Positions 1 to 10,817 of a DNA stretch of 64,000 bases are shown piece by piece. Position 1 is the stretch's first letter, and every line of letters starts with the position of its first letter. The notes beneath the pieces were generated by a model that did no database searches, was not told the DNA's origin, and saw only the letters and a program-made list of their open reading frames with translations. The stretch is from assembly GCA_963798485.1 (NCBI GenBank), contig CAWCTR010000014.1, positions 384,001 through 448,000 of the forward strand, written 5' to 3'. A program made the position numbers and the translations under genes. Source of the stretch: an uncultured delta proteobacterium (lineage in GTDB: Bacteria > Desulfobacterota > Desulfomonilia > UBA1062).

Positions 1-976
1 CGGGGCGAACGCAACCACCGGGGTGTCTGTGGCTGTAGCACGGGCGGCTGCAAACTTCTTCGGCCTGCCCCTCTACCGCTACCTCGGCGGTGCATTCGCC
101 CGGGAAATTCCGGTGCCCCAGATGAACATCGTTAACGGCGGCAAGCATGCGGACAACAATGTGGACCTGCAGGAATTCATGGTAACGCCCATCGGCGCTC
201 CGAACTTCCGCGAGGCCCTGCGCTATGCGGCAGAGACCTTCCACGCCTTACGTGAGATCCTTATCAAAAAAGATTACGCCACAGGTGTTGGTGACGAGGG
301 CGGGTTTGCACCCAACCTCAAGAGTAATGCCGAGCCCTTTGAGCTCATCGTGCAGGCCATTGAGAAGGCCGGCTATAAACCCGGAGAGGATGTAGCCATC
401 GCCCTCGATGCCGCTGCCAGCTCCTTTTATAAGGACGGTAAGTATATCCTTGCCTCCGAGAAGGACCCGGAAAGGACGGCTGAAGAGATGATCGATTTCT
501 ATGAGGAACTCATCAAGAAATACCCCATCGTCTCCCTGGAAGACGGTCTCGACGAGGCCGACTGGGACGGCTGGAAAAAGCTCATGAAGCGCCTGGGCAA
601 CAAGGTACAGATCGTGGGCGACGATATCTTCGTGACCAACCCCAAATTCCTTGCACGAGGCATAAAGGAAAAGGCCGCCAACTCCGTCCTTATCAAGGTC
701 AACCAGATCGGCACCTTGACCGAGACCATGCAGACCGTCGAGATGGCCCGCAGGGCCGGGTTCACCACGGTCTTCTCCCACCGCTCCGGCGAGACCGAAG
801 ACTCCTGGCTGGCGGACATTGCAGTCGGTTACAGCGGGGGCCAGCTCAAGACCGGCTCCACATCCCGTGGAGAGAGACTGGCCAAGTACAACCAGCTTAT
901 GCGCATCGAGGAAGAGCTTGGGGCCTCGTCCGTGTTCCGCGGCAAGGATGCGCTGTACAGCATCAAGAAGATTTAA
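1..976 (+). CDS. eno: Enolase (5'-truncated by window edge)
   Basis: Frame open from position 2 (GANATTGVS). Motifs [50 protein letters not shown]. Confidence 0.97.
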   Translation, partial: GANATTGVSVAVARAAANFFGLPLYRYLGGAFAREIPVPQMNIVNGGKHADNNVDLQEFMVTPIGAPNFREALRYAAETFHALREILIKKDYATGVGDEGGFAPNLKSNAEPFELIVQAIEKAGYKPGEDVAIALDAAASSFYKDGKYILASEKDPERTAEEMIDFYEELIKKYPIVSLEDGLDEADWDGWKKLMKRLGNKVQIVGDDIFVTNPKFLARGIKEKAANSVLIKVNQIGTLTETMQTVEMARRAGFTTVFSHRSGETEDSWLADIAVGYSGGQLKTGSTSRGERLAKYNQLMRIEEELGASSVFRGKDALYSIKKI

Positions 977-991
977 TGGAGAGGAGGCACA

Positions 992-2170
992 ATGAGGGAA
1001 GTCGTCATCACGTCTGCGGTCAGGACACCCAACGGGAGCTTCGGAGGCTCATTGTCTCAGATGAGCCCGATAAAGTATGGGGCCATAGCCATTGAAGAGA
1101 CCATCAAACGCTCGGCAATAGAAAAAGAACAGGTGAATGAGGTCATCATGGGCATGGTACTGCCCTGCGGCCACGGCCAGAACCCCGGGAAACTCGCTGC
1201 AGTCCAGGCAGGCCTGCCCTGGGACGTGGGATGCATCACCGTCAACAAGGTGTGCGGGTCCGCCCTGAAGGCCATGATGCTCGCCGCCCAGGCCATCCGG
1301 ACCGGTGATGCCGATGTCGTTGTGGCAGGCGGCATGGAAAATATGAGCATGGCACCCTACTACCTGGACAAGGCCCGCTTCGGTTACCGCATGGGCACTG
1401 GTGCAATCCAGGACCATATGGTGCACGACGGACTGTGGGATGTGGTGAACGACTTTCACATGGGGATCTCCAACGAGCTCTGCTCGGAAAAGTACCACAT
1501 ATCCCGCGAGGACCAGGACCGTTATGCCGAGCGTTCATTCAGCCTGGCCATGAAGTCCATCAGGGAAGGGAAATTTGTTGATGAGATCGTGCCGGTAGCC
1601 GTTCCCCAGCGCAAGGGCGATCCGAAGATCTTCAGCGTTGACGAGTGCCCGCGCGATACCACCTATGAGCAGCTCAGCACAATGGCTCCGGCCTTCAAGA
1701 AGGGGGGCGTCACCACTGCGGGCAATGCATCCACCATATCGGACGGTGCTTCGGCAGTAGTGCTCATGGCAAAAGATAAAGCAAAAGAACTCGGTTGTGA
1801 GATCCTGGTTACTCTCGGCGCACAGGCCAGCGCAGGGCTCGACATGAAATACGTGCTCGTCGCCCCCATCCTTGCCATTCCCAAGGTATTGAAAAAAGAA
1901 GGGCTTGAACTCAAGGACGTTGACATCTTCGAGATCAACGAGGCCTTTGCCGGCTCGACGTTAGCGGTCATCCGGGAGCTCGGCCTCGATATGGACAAGG
2001 TGAACGTAAACGGCGGCAGCATCGCGCTCGGCCACCCCATCGGCTCCAGCGGCACCCGCGTGTTCACCACCTTGATCAATGAGATGAGACGCAAAGACAA
2101 GACAATCGGCCTGGCAACCCTCTGCCTGGGCGGCGGCGAGGCAGTGGCCCTCATCGTGAAGCGTGCATAA
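992..2170 (+). CDS. Acetyl-CoA C-acetyltransferase (thiolase)
   Basis: NKVCGS, EINEAFA, GGSIALGHPIGSSG and LCLGGG thiolase motifs; RBS GAGGAGG upstream. Confidence 0.95.
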   Translation: MREVVITSAVRTPNGSFGGSLSQMSPIKYGAIAIEETIKRSAIEKEQVNEVIMGMVLPCGHGQNPGKLAAVQAGLPWDVGCITVNKVCGSALKAMMLAAQAIRTGDADVVVAGGMENMSMAPYYLDKARFGYRMGTGAIQDHMVHDGLWDVVNDFHMGISNELCSEKYHISREDQDRYAERSFSLAMKSIREGKFVDEIVPVAVPQRKGDPKIFSVDECPRDTTYEQLSTMAPAFKKGGVTTAGNASTISDGASAVVLMAKDKAKELGCEILVTLGAQASAGLDMKYVLVAPILAIPKVLKKEGLELKDVDIFEINEAFAGSTLAVIRELGLDMDKVNVNGGSIALGHPIGSSGTRVFTTLINEMRRKDKTIGLATLCLGGGEAVALIVKRA

Positions 2171-2194
2171 GAGAAAAGACTAGGGAGCTTGAAA

Positions 2195-3046
2195 ATGGAG
2201 ATCAAGACCTTTGGAGTTATCGGTTCAGGCCAGATGGGTGGCGGCATTGCCCAGGTAGCGGCAGCAAGCGGGCTGAGCGTCATCATGAACGATATCAGTG
2301 AGCAGTTCGTGGCAGGAGGTATCAAGACCATCACCAAAAACCTGAACCGCCAGGTGGAAAAAGGGGCCCTGAAGGAAGCGGATTCCAAGCTCATCCTGGG
2401 CAGGATCAAGCCGAGCACCAGCCTCAAGGACATGGCAGGCGCCGATTTCATTGTGGAGGCTGCATCCGAGAGAGAAGATATCAAGTTTGCCATCTTCAGT
2501 GAGCTCGATGCCGTGTGCCCGCCCCATGCCATCTTGTCCAGCAACACCTCATCCATCCCCATCGGCAGGGTTGCATCCAAGACCAAGAGGCCGGAAAAGG
2601 TCATCGGCATGCACTTCATGAACCCGGTACCCGTGATGAAACTCTGCGAGATCATCCGAGGCATAGCCACCTCCGAGGAGACCTTCAAGGTGACACAAGA
2701 CCTGGCCCTGAAGTTCGGCAAGACCCCGGCTGAGGCCAATGACTATCCGGGCTTTATCAGTAACCGCATCCTCATGCCCATGATCAACGAGGCCGTGTAC
2801 TGCCTCTACCACTCTGTGGGCACCAAGGAGGCCATCGACACGGTCATGAAGCTGGGCATGAACCATCCCATGGGCCCCCTGGCCCTGGCTGACCTCGTCG
2901 GCCTGGACACCTGTCTTGCCATTATGGAGACCCTGTATAACGGCTTTTCCGATTCAAAGTACCGCCCCTGCCCTTTGCTGAAAAAATACGTCGAGGCGGG
3001 CTGGCTGGGAAGGAAGACTGGGAAAGGATTCTACGAGTATAAATAG
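2195..3046 (+). CDS. hbd: 3-hydroxybutyryl-CoA dehydrogenase
   Basis: GSGQMGGGIAQV Rossmann motif, SNTSSI, GMHFMNPVP, NHPMGPLALAD, GRKTGKGFY. ATG 2195 chosen over TTG 2189. Confidence 0.93.
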   Translation: MEIKTFGVIGSGQMGGGIAQVAAASGLSVIMNDISEQFVAGGIKTITKNLNRQVEKGALKEADSKLILGRIKPSTSLKDMAGADFIVEAASEREDIKFAIFSELDAVCPPHAILSSNTSSIPIGRVASKTKRPEKVIGMHFMNPVPVMKLCEIIRGIATSEETFKVTQDLALKFGKTPAEANDYPGFISNRILMPMINEAVYCLYHSVGTKEAIDTVMKLGMNHPMGPLALADLVGLDTCLAIMETLYNGFSDSKYRPCPLLKKYVEAGWLGRKTGKGFYEYK

Positions 3047-3057
3047 CATACATAGCT

Positions 3058-3128
3058 GTAGGAGCGCCTTCAGGCGCAAGGGGCAATTCGTGAAGATACG
3101 TTAATATCGCGGCTAAAGCCGCTCCTAC
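3058..3128. repeat. GTAG-type REP doublet (REPIN-like inverted pair)
   Basis: GTAGGAGCGCCTTCAGGCGCAA (3058-3079) faces TCGCGGCTAAAGCCGCTCCTAC (3107-3128; reverse complement GTAGGAGCGGCTTTAGCCGCGA). Each unit has an internal hairpin and a GTAG tag. Lies between convergent genes. Confidence 0.75.
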
Positions 3129-3138
3129 GGTGCCATCT

Positions 3139-3849
3139 TTAGGGCCGGTAAACCTCTATAAACTCCACATACGATGTTGCCTTTTCACCCGTGTTGTCCG
3201 AGTCGTTCATGATGCCTATGGTGGCGTGCCGGGGCGGCTTTTTCCCGAAGGTCTCTTCATAATCCCTGACGATGTTCACCTCTTCGTCAACCCATTGCCC
3301 CACCCGGCTACCGCCCTTCTCAAGAAAGATCATCTTGTTCCGGTCGGTATACGGGCTGGCAATGGACCTTTCGGAGAGCACCTTAGACGACCATACATAG
3401 TTGAGCGAGCCTGACGGGGGATACTCTCCATAGATGAGCCTGGCAGCACCGAATATGGCTCGGTCGATCGGCCCTGCCTTCTGCGGGTCATACTCGAAGG
3501 CGATATAGATCCTTATCGGGTAGTCATCACCCGATTTCACTGTGGGGTCGGCATTTCTGTAGACGTTCGATATCTTCCAGCGCCACCTGATATTCGGGTA
3601 CTCATAGACATCAAAAGACTTCTTATAGACCAACAGTGAGGCAGACGCATCACTCCTGGCCACGAGATAAGATTCGGAGCCGGTCTTTTCCATCCCATAA
3701 AAGGTATGTCTGGATATCTTGGGAAAGAACACTTCTTTCCAGGCAGACAGGTCTGTGAACCTTTCACGGAAGAGCACCTGATCGGCCCGGGAAACGGCAG
3801 GGTATGAAATCGTACCCATGATAAAGACAATTATGACAAGCCTTTTCAT
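3139..3849 (-). CDS. DUF3047 domain exported protein
   Basis: Signal peptide from MKRLVII; RWRWKI, KSGDDYPIRIYIAF, LNYVWSS, IMNDSDNTGEKA motifs resemble DUF3047. Confidence 0.8.
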   Translation of the reverse strand: MKRLVIIVFIMGTISYPAVSRADQVLFRERFTDLSAWKEVFFPKISRHTFYGMEKTGSESYLVARSDASASLLVYKKSFDVYEYPNIRWRWKISNVYRNADPTVKSGDDYPIRIYIAFEYDPQKAGPIDRAIFGAARLIYGEYPPSGSLNYVWSSKVLSERSIASPYTDRNKMIFLEKGGSRVGQWVDEEVNIVRDYEETFGKKPPRHATIGIMNDSDNTGEKATSYVEFIEVYRP

Positions 3850-3856
3850 ACAGTTC

Positions 3857-5269
3857 TTACCGTAAATACTCTTGATCATCTAAAGACTTCTCCCTCTGCT
3901 CGGAATGACGAGTGCCTCCGTCCTTGAAGGTCTTCATCAGGTACCTGATCCAAATGCCAATGGACTTCTCCCTACTCCGGTACAGGACAGCAAGCTCTTC
4001 AGGCGGCATGCCCATGAAGAATCCTGCCATGGCGAGCTGGTTGACCACCCAGGTCCTGAAAAGGCCAATGGCCTGATAACGCCTTGAAGAGGTGGTGACC
4101 CTTGAGGGAAGTATCGCAATCCGGCCCATTTTTTTCATGGTTCGGATAAAGGCAACGTCTTCCATGATAGGGATTCCCGGAAAACCTCCTGCTTTATGAA
4201 AGTCCGCCCTCCTCACAAACAAGGCCTGGTCGCCGTAGGGCAGCCTGAAAAGCCCTGATCTTAGATTCGCGCCAAGGGCAATGAGCCTCATGGCAAGTGT
4301 ATCAGTATCAAAGCTCAGCCCGTATGCCCCTGCCGCTATGCACGGGTCGGCAAGTGCACGCCTGATGTCTTTATCGTAGTTATCCGGGAAAATGGTATCG
4401 GAATGAAGGAACAAGAGGATATCACCGGATGCTGCAAGCGCCCCTTCATTCATCTGTAAGGCCCTCCCCTTCCGGCTCATGACGATCCTGGCTCCCATAC
4501 ATGCCGAGATCTCCCTGGTGCGGTCATCGCTCCCCCCGTCAGCAAGGATCACCTCTACATTCTTTCCGGACAGCGCCTTCTTGATGGTATTCCCGATTAA
4601 TGCCTCTTCGTTGATTGCAGGTATGACGATTGAAATCATGGGTACCGACCCTGCACGTTTCATCTCTTCCCAGATGTGCAGATCGTCGGGCCGGTCCACG
4701 TCTGCGAGCGTTTCAAGCAGGGCCGTTTTCAAGCCGAGCCGCCCTATTGCACCAAGGGTGTGTTCCAGGACCTTGTCCGTACCCCAGGGTATGGATGAAA
4801 AGATCTCAGGCAGATCCCGCTTCAGCCCGATGAGGTAATAACCACCGTCAAGGGCGGGACCCACTACGCAATCATGCCCCTTAAGGGCCGCAAAGGCCTG
4901 GCTGAGGATGGTCCCGGTGATGCCGGGGCAGTCCGTACCTATGAGAACCACTGATTGGGCGCCATCCTGAAGCGCCTTGCGCAAGGAGGACCGCATTCGT
5001 TCTCCAAGGTCAGCGCCGACCTGACGGATATATACATACTCTTTCCCGAAGAGGGTTTGCATTTTTTGTTTTCCATTGCCTGCATAATGCACCTCAAGGG
5101 TGATTCCCTCGGTTGTTGTGAGTCTGTGTGCGGCCCCCAATGCATGCATGATCATTTCGCGCTGGAGATTTGCAGCCCCACGTTCGCCGATCACAGGGAC
5201 CAAACGCTTCTTGACGTTGCCTGGTTCAGGACAGCGGGTGAACAGGATGATCGTCTCTTGTCCTGCCAT
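3857..5269 (-). CDS. Fused TIGR04282 (DUF2064) + TIGR04283 (GT2) arsenosugar-associated glycosyltransferase
   Basis: N-half: FTRCPEPGNVKKRL, GADLGERM, LIGTDCP, GPALDGGYYLIG, DVDRPDDL. C-half: ISIVIPAINEE, DGGSDD, GRALQMNEGA, LFLHSD, LPYGDQALFV, IMEDV, TSSRR. Confidence 0.85.
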   Translation of the reverse strand: MAGQETIILFTRCPEPGNVKKRLVPVIGERGAANLQREMIMHALGAAHRLTTTEGITLEVHYAGNGKQKMQTLFGKEYVYIRQVGADLGERMRSSLRKALQDGAQSVVLIGTDCPGITGTILSQAFAALKGHDCVVGPALDGGYYLIGLKRDLPEIFSSIPWGTDKVLEHTLGAIGRLGLKTALLETLADVDRPDDLHIWEEMKRAGSVPMISIVIPAINEEALIGNTIKKALSGKNVEVILADGGSDDRTREISACMGARIVMSRKGRALQMNEGALAASGDILLFLHSDTIFPDNYDKDIRRALADPCIAAGAYGLSFDTDTLAMRLIALGANLRSGLFRLPYGDQALFVRRADFHKAGGFPGIPIMEDVAFIRTMKKMGRIAILPSRVTTSSRRYQAIGLFRTWVVNQLAMAGFFMGMPPEELAVLYRSREKSIGIWIRYLMKTFKDGGTRHSEQREKSLDDQEYLR

Positions 5270-5272
5270 TCT

Positions 5273-5719
5273 TTATTGACCCGATGCCCCCACAAAGGCC
5301 TTCCTGATCTCCTCCATGCGTTTCCGGTTAACGCCAAGATCGGAATAGCCGAGCCGGGAGGCTGACCGGAAGTGGATGAGTTTGTTTGCATCGTCAAAAG
5401 AGAACTCCACATCGTCTACGAACCTGAAGATCAGGGAGGTAAACTCTGCATGGATGTAATCACCCTCATTGGTAATGATCTCTGATCTCTTCATGGATGA
5501 TATCACCTGTACAAGCCGCTTTTTTGCCTGCCCCTTTGTCCCGGTGTAACGGATCGGATCGATGCGGTGCTCCTCATCGGTATCCTGGGTTGAAACACAA
5601 TTAGGGCTTTTAGGGCATGGGGAAAGCCTCCCCTCCTTGATCCCGAGTGTAGCAGGCCTGGTACCGGAGCAGCATGACATGAACAGGCACAGCACTAGTG
5701 CACTACCGAGTTTCAACAT
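5273..5719 (-). CDS. DUF1499 domain lipoprotein
   Basis: LSPCPKSPNCVSTQ, FRFVDDVEF, IHFRSASRLGYSDLGVNRKR. Confidence 0.85.
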   Translation of the reverse strand: MLKLGSALVLCLFMSCCSGTRPATLGIKEGRLSPCPKSPNCVSTQDTDEEHRIDPIRYTGTKGQAKKRLVQVISSMKRSEIITNEGDYIHAEFTSLIFRFVDDVEFSFDDANKLIHFRSASRLGYSDLGVNRKRMEEIRKAFVGASGQ

Positions 5720-5895
5720 AAATCCCCCCTTCTTAGGCTTTCGTTCTCTCCCATATATGTCATATAATAATTATTGTAATAGAGGGCGCAAGAATATATT
5801 GATACATGTCATCGAAAGAAACCCGGCACCTCAAGGGTGCCTCAGGTGAAGACACGGATGTTATAGAGAACAGGTAACAAGAGGAGGCTTGATAC

Positions 5896-7962
5896 ATGTC
5901 GATAAACTCGGAGCTTGACGAGCGCTGCATCAATACCATCCGTTTTCTTGCAGCAGACGCCATCCAGAAGGCCAACTCCGGTCACCCCGGATTGCCCATG
6001 GGCGCAGCGCCCATGGCTTATAAGCTGTGGACCGGACATATGAAACACAACCCTTCCAATCCCAAGTGGGTTGACAGGGACCGGTTCGTCCTCTCGGCAG
6101 GCCATGGGTCAACTTTGCTGTACGCACTGCTGCACCTTACAGGCTATGACCTGCCGCTCTCTGAACTCCAGAAGTTCCGCCAATGGGGCAGCAAGACGCC
6201 GGGGCACCCTGAAAGCCTCATTACACAAGGTGTTGAGATAACCACCGGCCCCCTGGGCCAGGGGATATCGAGCGCTGTCGGTATGGCAATGGCCGAGGCG
6301 CACCTGGCTTCACTCTATAACAAACCCGGCCATGCCATAATTGACCATTATACCTATGTGCTTGCAGGAGACGGCGACCTCATGGAGGGCATAACCTATG
6401 AGGCATGCTCGCTGGCAGGTCACCTGGGGCTCGGCAAGCTCATCGTTTTATACGACAGCAACCGGATCTCTCTTGCCGGATCTACCGAGTTGTGTTTTAC
6501 CGAAGACACGGAGAAACGCTTCGAGGCCGGCGGGTGGCACACCCAGCATGTCTACGACGGCAATGATCTCGCCGCGATCGACCTTGCACTACTGGCGGCA
6601 AAAGAGGAAAAGAACCAGCCTTCAATTATCATCGTGGACACGCTCATCGGCTTCGGTTCCCCGAACAAGCAGGGGTCTTACAAGGTGCACGGCTCTCCGC
6701 TTGGGGATGATGAACTCCGCCTGGCAAAAAAGGCCCTGGGCTGGAATGAATCCAGGCAGTTCTTTGTCCCGGATGATGTTCATGATCACTTCCTCAAGGC
6801 CAAAGAGCACGGCAAGGCTTATGAATCAGACTGGCAGCAGGCATTTTTCCGATACAGCAGGTCTTTCCCTGATCAGGCGGAAGAATTCAGAGGTAGGATG
6901 AGCGGAGAACTACCCAAGGCATGGGATACGGGGTTATCGGAGCTCTTCGGTGACAAGAAGGCCATGTCCACGAGAAAGGCAGGAGAGACAGTGCTCCAAC
7001 AGCTCGCCCGGAATATTCCCGCACTGGCCGGCGGCTCTGCCGACCTGAATCCATCCACGCTCACCTGGATAAAGGAATGCGGGGACTTTCAAAACCCCGG
7101 GCTCTGCAAGGACACCGTCCAGGGGTCTGTGGGCAAGTGCTGGGGTTATGATGGCAGGAACATCCACTTCGGGGTTCGCGAGCATGCGATGGCAGCTGTC
7201 ACCACCGGCATGGCGCTGCACGGCGGCTTGATCCCCTATGCATCCACGTTCCTCATGTTCAGTGACTACATGCGGCCTGCAATCCGCATTGCATGCCTGT
7301 CAGGGGTCCGGTGTCTCTATATCTTCACCCACGATAGCATCGGCGTCGGCGAGGATGGCCCCACCCACCAGCCCATAGAGCAGATCATGGGCCTCAGGGG
7401 AGTTCCGAACCTTACGGTGATCCGCCCGTCGGACGCCCAGGAGACCGTCCATGCATTCAAGACAGCCATCAACAGGATTGAAGGCCCAACAGCCTTGATC
7501 CTCACCCGGCAGGACGTGCCTGCCATTGACAGAAAAAAGTGTGCACAGGCAAAGGGGCTGGAACAAGGCGGGTACATCTTATGGGAATCCGCCAAGACGG
7601 TGCCTGATGTTATCCTCATTTCAACCGGCTCTGAGCTGAGCCTCGTCCTGGAAGCCGCATATGTCCTGTCAAATGATAAAATAAAGGTGCGTGTTGTTTC
7701 AATGCCCAGTTGGGAGATCTTTGAGGCGCAATGTCTGGAGTACCGCTTGAGTGTTCTCCCCCCTGAGGTCAAGGCCAGGGTGGCGGTGGAGGCAGGCTTG
7801 CGGCTTGGGTGGGAACACTATGTGGGACTCGAAGGAGTCATAATCGGTATGGACGGCTTCGGTGCAAGCGCCCCAGCCGGGGTCCTCTTTGAAAAGTTCG
7901 GCATCACCGCCCAAGCTGTCGCCCAAGCTGCACGCGCCCTGGTGAAGAAGAGAAAGAAATAA
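5896..7962 (+). CDS. tkt: Transketolase
   Basis: [62 protein letters not shown]. Confidence 0.97.
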   Translation: MSINSELDERCINTIRFLAADAIQKANSGHPGLPMGAAPMAYKLWTGHMKHNPSNPKWVDRDRFVLSAGHGSTLLYALLHLTGYDLPLSELQKFRQWGSKTPGHPESLITQGVEITTGPLGQGISSAVGMAMAEAHLASLYNKPGHAIIDHYTYVLAGDGDLMEGITYEACSLAGHLGLGKLIVLYDSNRISLAGSTELCFTEDTEKRFEAGGWHTQHVYDGNDLAAIDLALLAAKEEKNQPSIIIVDTLIGFGSPNKQGSYKVHGSPLGDDELRLAKKALGWNESRQFFVPDDVHDHFLKAKEHGKAYESDWQQAFFRYSRSFPDQAEEFRGRMSGELPKAWDTGLSELFGDKKAMSTRKAGETVLQQLARNIPALAGGSADLNPSTLTWIKECGDFQNPGLCKDTVQGSVGKCWGYDGRNIHFGVREHAMAAVTTGMALHGGLIPYASTFLMFSDYMRPAIRIACLSGVRCLYIFTHDSIGVGEDGPTHQPIEQIMGLRGVPNLTVIRPSDAQETVHAFKTAINRIEGPTALILTRQDVPAIDRKKCAQAKGLEQGGYILWESAKTVPDVILISTGSELSLVLEAAYVLSNDKIKVRVVSMPSWEIFEAQCLEYRLSVLPPEVKARVAVEAGLRLGWEHYVGLEGVIIGMDGFGASAPAGVLFEKFGITAQAVAQAARALVKKRKK

Positions 7963-7974
7963 AGGAGTCTGTTC

Positions 7975-9060
7975 ATGGGAAAACTGCATGATCTTGCCGG
8001 TCACGGCCAGGCCATCTGGTTCGACTATATCCAGCGCTCGCTGATCAGCTCGGGCGAGATGCAGAATCTCATCGACCAGGGTGTCCGGGGTGTAACCAGC
8101 AACCCTACTATCTTTGAGAAGGCCATCGCCGGGAGCAAAGATTACGATGATGCCTTAAGGAGGCTCGCAAAGAACGGGAGATCAACTCAAGAGATCTATG
8201 AGGAGCTCGTGCTTCGGGATATCCTGTTGACAGCAGATCTGTTTCTTCCCGTTTATGTAAGCACCCGCGGGCTCGATGGGTTCGTGAGCCTGGAAGTAAG
8301 CCCGAAACTGGCCTATGACACCGACAAGACGGTTCAGGAGGCGAAAAGGCTCTTCAATACCCTTGGTAAGCCCAATGTCATGATCAAGGTCCCTGCAACG
8401 GATGCCGGAATCCCGGCTGCCCAGGCGCTCATTGCCGGTGGGGTGAACGTGAATGTGACCCTGCTCTTCTCCATATCTCAATATGTCAAGGCAGCCGAAG
8501 CCTACCTCTCAGGGTTGGAAAAACACCTCTCAGCAGGCGGCGACATCTCTAAGATTGCATCCGTGGCCTCTTTCTTTGTAAGCCGTGTAGACACATCGGT
8601 TGATGCAGAGCTTGAAAAGCTCGGGAATAAAGATCTGATGGGAAAGGCTGCTATTGCAAACGCCAAGATTGCCTACGAACGTTTCAAGGGGATCTTTTCA
8701 GGAAAGCGATGGGAAAGGCTCGCCGGCAACGGTGCTCATGTGCAGCGGGTCTTGTGGGCAAGTACCGGGACCAAGAACCCTGGGTATTCCGACACCCTGT
8801 ATGTAGACAAGCTCATCGGCCCACACACGGTGAACACCCTGCCCCCTGCAACGTTAGGGATGTTCCTTGATCATGGGCGGGTATCCCCCACCCTTGAAAC
8901 CGGTCTTGAGCATGCGAAAGACCAGATCGATCAGCTCGCGAAACTTGGGTTGAACCTGGATGCCATAACAAAGAAACTCGAAGAAGATGGGGTGCGATCC
9001 TTTGCCTCGTCTTTTGAAGCGCTCATGAACAGTATCGATACGAAGCGTAAAGAGGTGTAG
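7975..9060 (+). CDS. tal: Transaldolase
   Basis: GVTSNPTIF, VSLEVSP, NVMIKVPAT, NVTLLFS, SVASFFVSRVD, LWASTGTKNP. Confidence 0.95.
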   Translation: MGKLHDLAGHGQAIWFDYIQRSLISSGEMQNLIDQGVRGVTSNPTIFEKAIAGSKDYDDALRRLAKNGRSTQEIYEELVLRDILLTADLFLPVYVSTRGLDGFVSLEVSPKLAYDTDKTVQEAKRLFNTLGKPNVMIKVPATDAGIPAAQALIAGGVNVNVTLLFSISQYVKAAEAYLSGLEKHLSAGGDISKIASVASFFVSRVDTSVDAELEKLGNKDLMGKAAIANAKIAYERFKGIFSGKRWERLAGNGAHVQRVLWASTGTKNPGYSDTLYVDKLIGPHTVNTLPPATLGMFLDHGRVSPTLETGLEHAKDQIDQLAKLGLNLDAITKKLEEDGVRSFASSFEALMNSIDTKRKEV

Positions 9061-9065
9061 TAATT

Positions 9066-10775
9066 ATGGTAAAGATTGAAATGAGCCTCGGCCCTTACCG
9101 GGTTGCCGTGGAAGATGCCTTTAAGAAAATAGACAACAACAAGATAATCAAGCGGATCTGGGACATGGACCATACGGTCTGGAAGATGGAGCCAAAAGAG
9201 ATCACCAACAGACTCGGCTGGCTCAGAAGTCCCATGAACATGAGGCAAAGGGTCATGGAGCTGAAGACGTTTACCGATGAAGTGCGCTCTGAGCGTTATA
9301 CCCATGCACTTCTGTTGGGCATGGGCGGGTCATCTCTGGCCCCTGATATGCTGAGAAAGACCTTTGGCGTTCAAGACGGTTTCCTTGACCTCGCGGTGCT
9401 CGACAGCACCGATCCTGCCGCTGTTGCGGCTCATGCAGGAGCTGTTAATCCTGAAAAGCGCCTTTTCATCGTGTCTTCCAAATCAGGTACCACTGCCGAG
9501 GTGCTGTCCTTTTTTAAATATTTCTATAACCAGACCATACGTTCCGTAGGCAAAGACAAGGCAGGGGAGCATTTCATTGCCATCACGGACCCGGGGAGTC
9601 CTTTTAATGAGGTTGCCTCAAAGTTGAGGTTCCGCAAGGTCTTTGCCGGGGATACTACTATCGGCGGCCGTTTTTCTGCTTTATCCGTTTTCGGCCTTGT
9701 CCCGGGATCTCTCCTCGGTATGGATACGACACTGCTGCTGGAGCGTGCAATAGCCTCTGCTGAGGCCTGCGGACAAAACGATTGCTCGTGGTCAGGCCTC
9801 AATGACGGCTGTAAGCTGGGGGCGGCCCTGGGTGCCCTGGCCTGTGCAGGAAGAGACAAGCTGACCTTCTTCATTGCAGAAAAGGTTGCAAGTTTCGGCG
9901 ACTGGGCGGAGCAGCTCATTGCAGAGAGTACCGGTAAGGAAGGGAAAGGCATACTCCCGGTGATCGGCGAGCCCCCTGAGCGCCCCGAGTTGTACAGTAA
10001 TGACAGGGTCTTCATCTCCATGAAGCTCCCCGGTGATGATACCATTGAGCCTGAATTGGGCAGGCTCTCAGATGAAGGTCACCCCGTGATACGGGTCTTC
10101 CTGGATGACATTTATGACCTGGGCGGCCAATTCTTTCTCTGGGAGTTTGCCGTGGCCGTTATAGGCCATGTCCTTGGGATCAATCCCTATGACCAGCCTG
10201 ATGTCGAATCAGCCAAGGTGCTCTCACGCAAGGCCATGGACGAATACCGGCGCAACGGCCGCCTGAGCACCCAGGTCCCATCCCTTATCAACAAGGAAAT
10301 CTCTGTGTTTTCCGACTTACCTTCTTCGGACCTGCGCCGGGTGATGCAGGATTTTCTTCTCCCTGTACAAGAAGGCTCCTATATCTCTATCCAGGCTTAC
10401 CTAAACCCCGCCCGTGAGACTGAAAGGGCCTTACAGGCTTTCAGGCAGGGCCTCCTCGATAAATACCGTATCCCGACCACGCTGGGCTTCGGCCCTCGTT
10501 TTCTCCATTCCACCGGCCAGCTCCACAAAGGCGATGCCGGGAAAGGTCTCTTTATCCAGATAACCTGTGATGATGCGTTTGACCTGCCCATCCCCGACGA
10601 GGCAGGCTCAGAGCGTTCGTCCATGACCTTCGGCATCTTGAAGGCGGCCCAGGCCATGGGCGACGGGGAAGCCATCAAGGCTGCCGGCAGGCAACTCATC
10701 AGGTTTCATATCTCAGGGCCTGATATTACTGCGGCTATTAACCGGATAGCACAAGAGGTTCATAGCGCATCATAG
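9066..10775 (+). CDS. pgi: Glucose-6-phosphate isomerase (Tal-Pgi-associated type)
   Basis: LLGMGGSSL, VSSKSGTT, AITDPGS, GGRFSALS, EQLIAESTGKEG, NPYDQPDVE, GPRFLHSTGQLHKG. Confidence 0.88.
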   Translation: MVKIEMSLGPYRVAVEDAFKKIDNNKIIKRIWDMDHTVWKMEPKEITNRLGWLRSPMNMRQRVMELKTFTDEVRSERYTHALLLGMGGSSLAPDMLRKTFGVQDGFLDLAVLDSTDPAAVAAHAGAVNPEKRLFIVSSKSGTTAEVLSFFKYFYNQTIRSVGKDKAGEHFIAITDPGSPFNEVASKLRFRKVFAGDTTIGGRFSALSVFGLVPGSLLGMDTTLLLERAIASAEACGQNDCSWSGLNDGCKLGAALGALACAGRDKLTFFIAEKVASFGDWAEQLIAESTGKEGKGILPVIGEPPERPELYSNDRVFISMKLPGDDTIEPELGRLSDEGHPVIRVFLDDIYDLGGQFFLWEFAVAVIGHVLGINPYDQPDVESAKVLSRKAMDEYRRNGRLSTQVPSLINKEISVFSDLPSSDLRRVMQDFLLPVQEGSYISIQAYLNPARETERALQAFRQGLLDKYRIPTTLGFGPRFLHSTGQLHKGDAGKGLFIQITCDDAFDLPIPDEAGSERSSMTFGILKAAQAMGDGEAIKAAGRQLIRFHISGPDITAAINRIAQEVHSAS

Positions 10776-10817
10776 CTGCAACCGAAATGGAGAATGTGAT
10801 TACACAAAGGAGATCGC

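Noticed and set aside
7975-10775. Tal-Pgi fusion by readthrough
   Set aside because: tal ends with TAG TAA, and pgi starts in a different frame with its own ATG and upstream GAGGTG.
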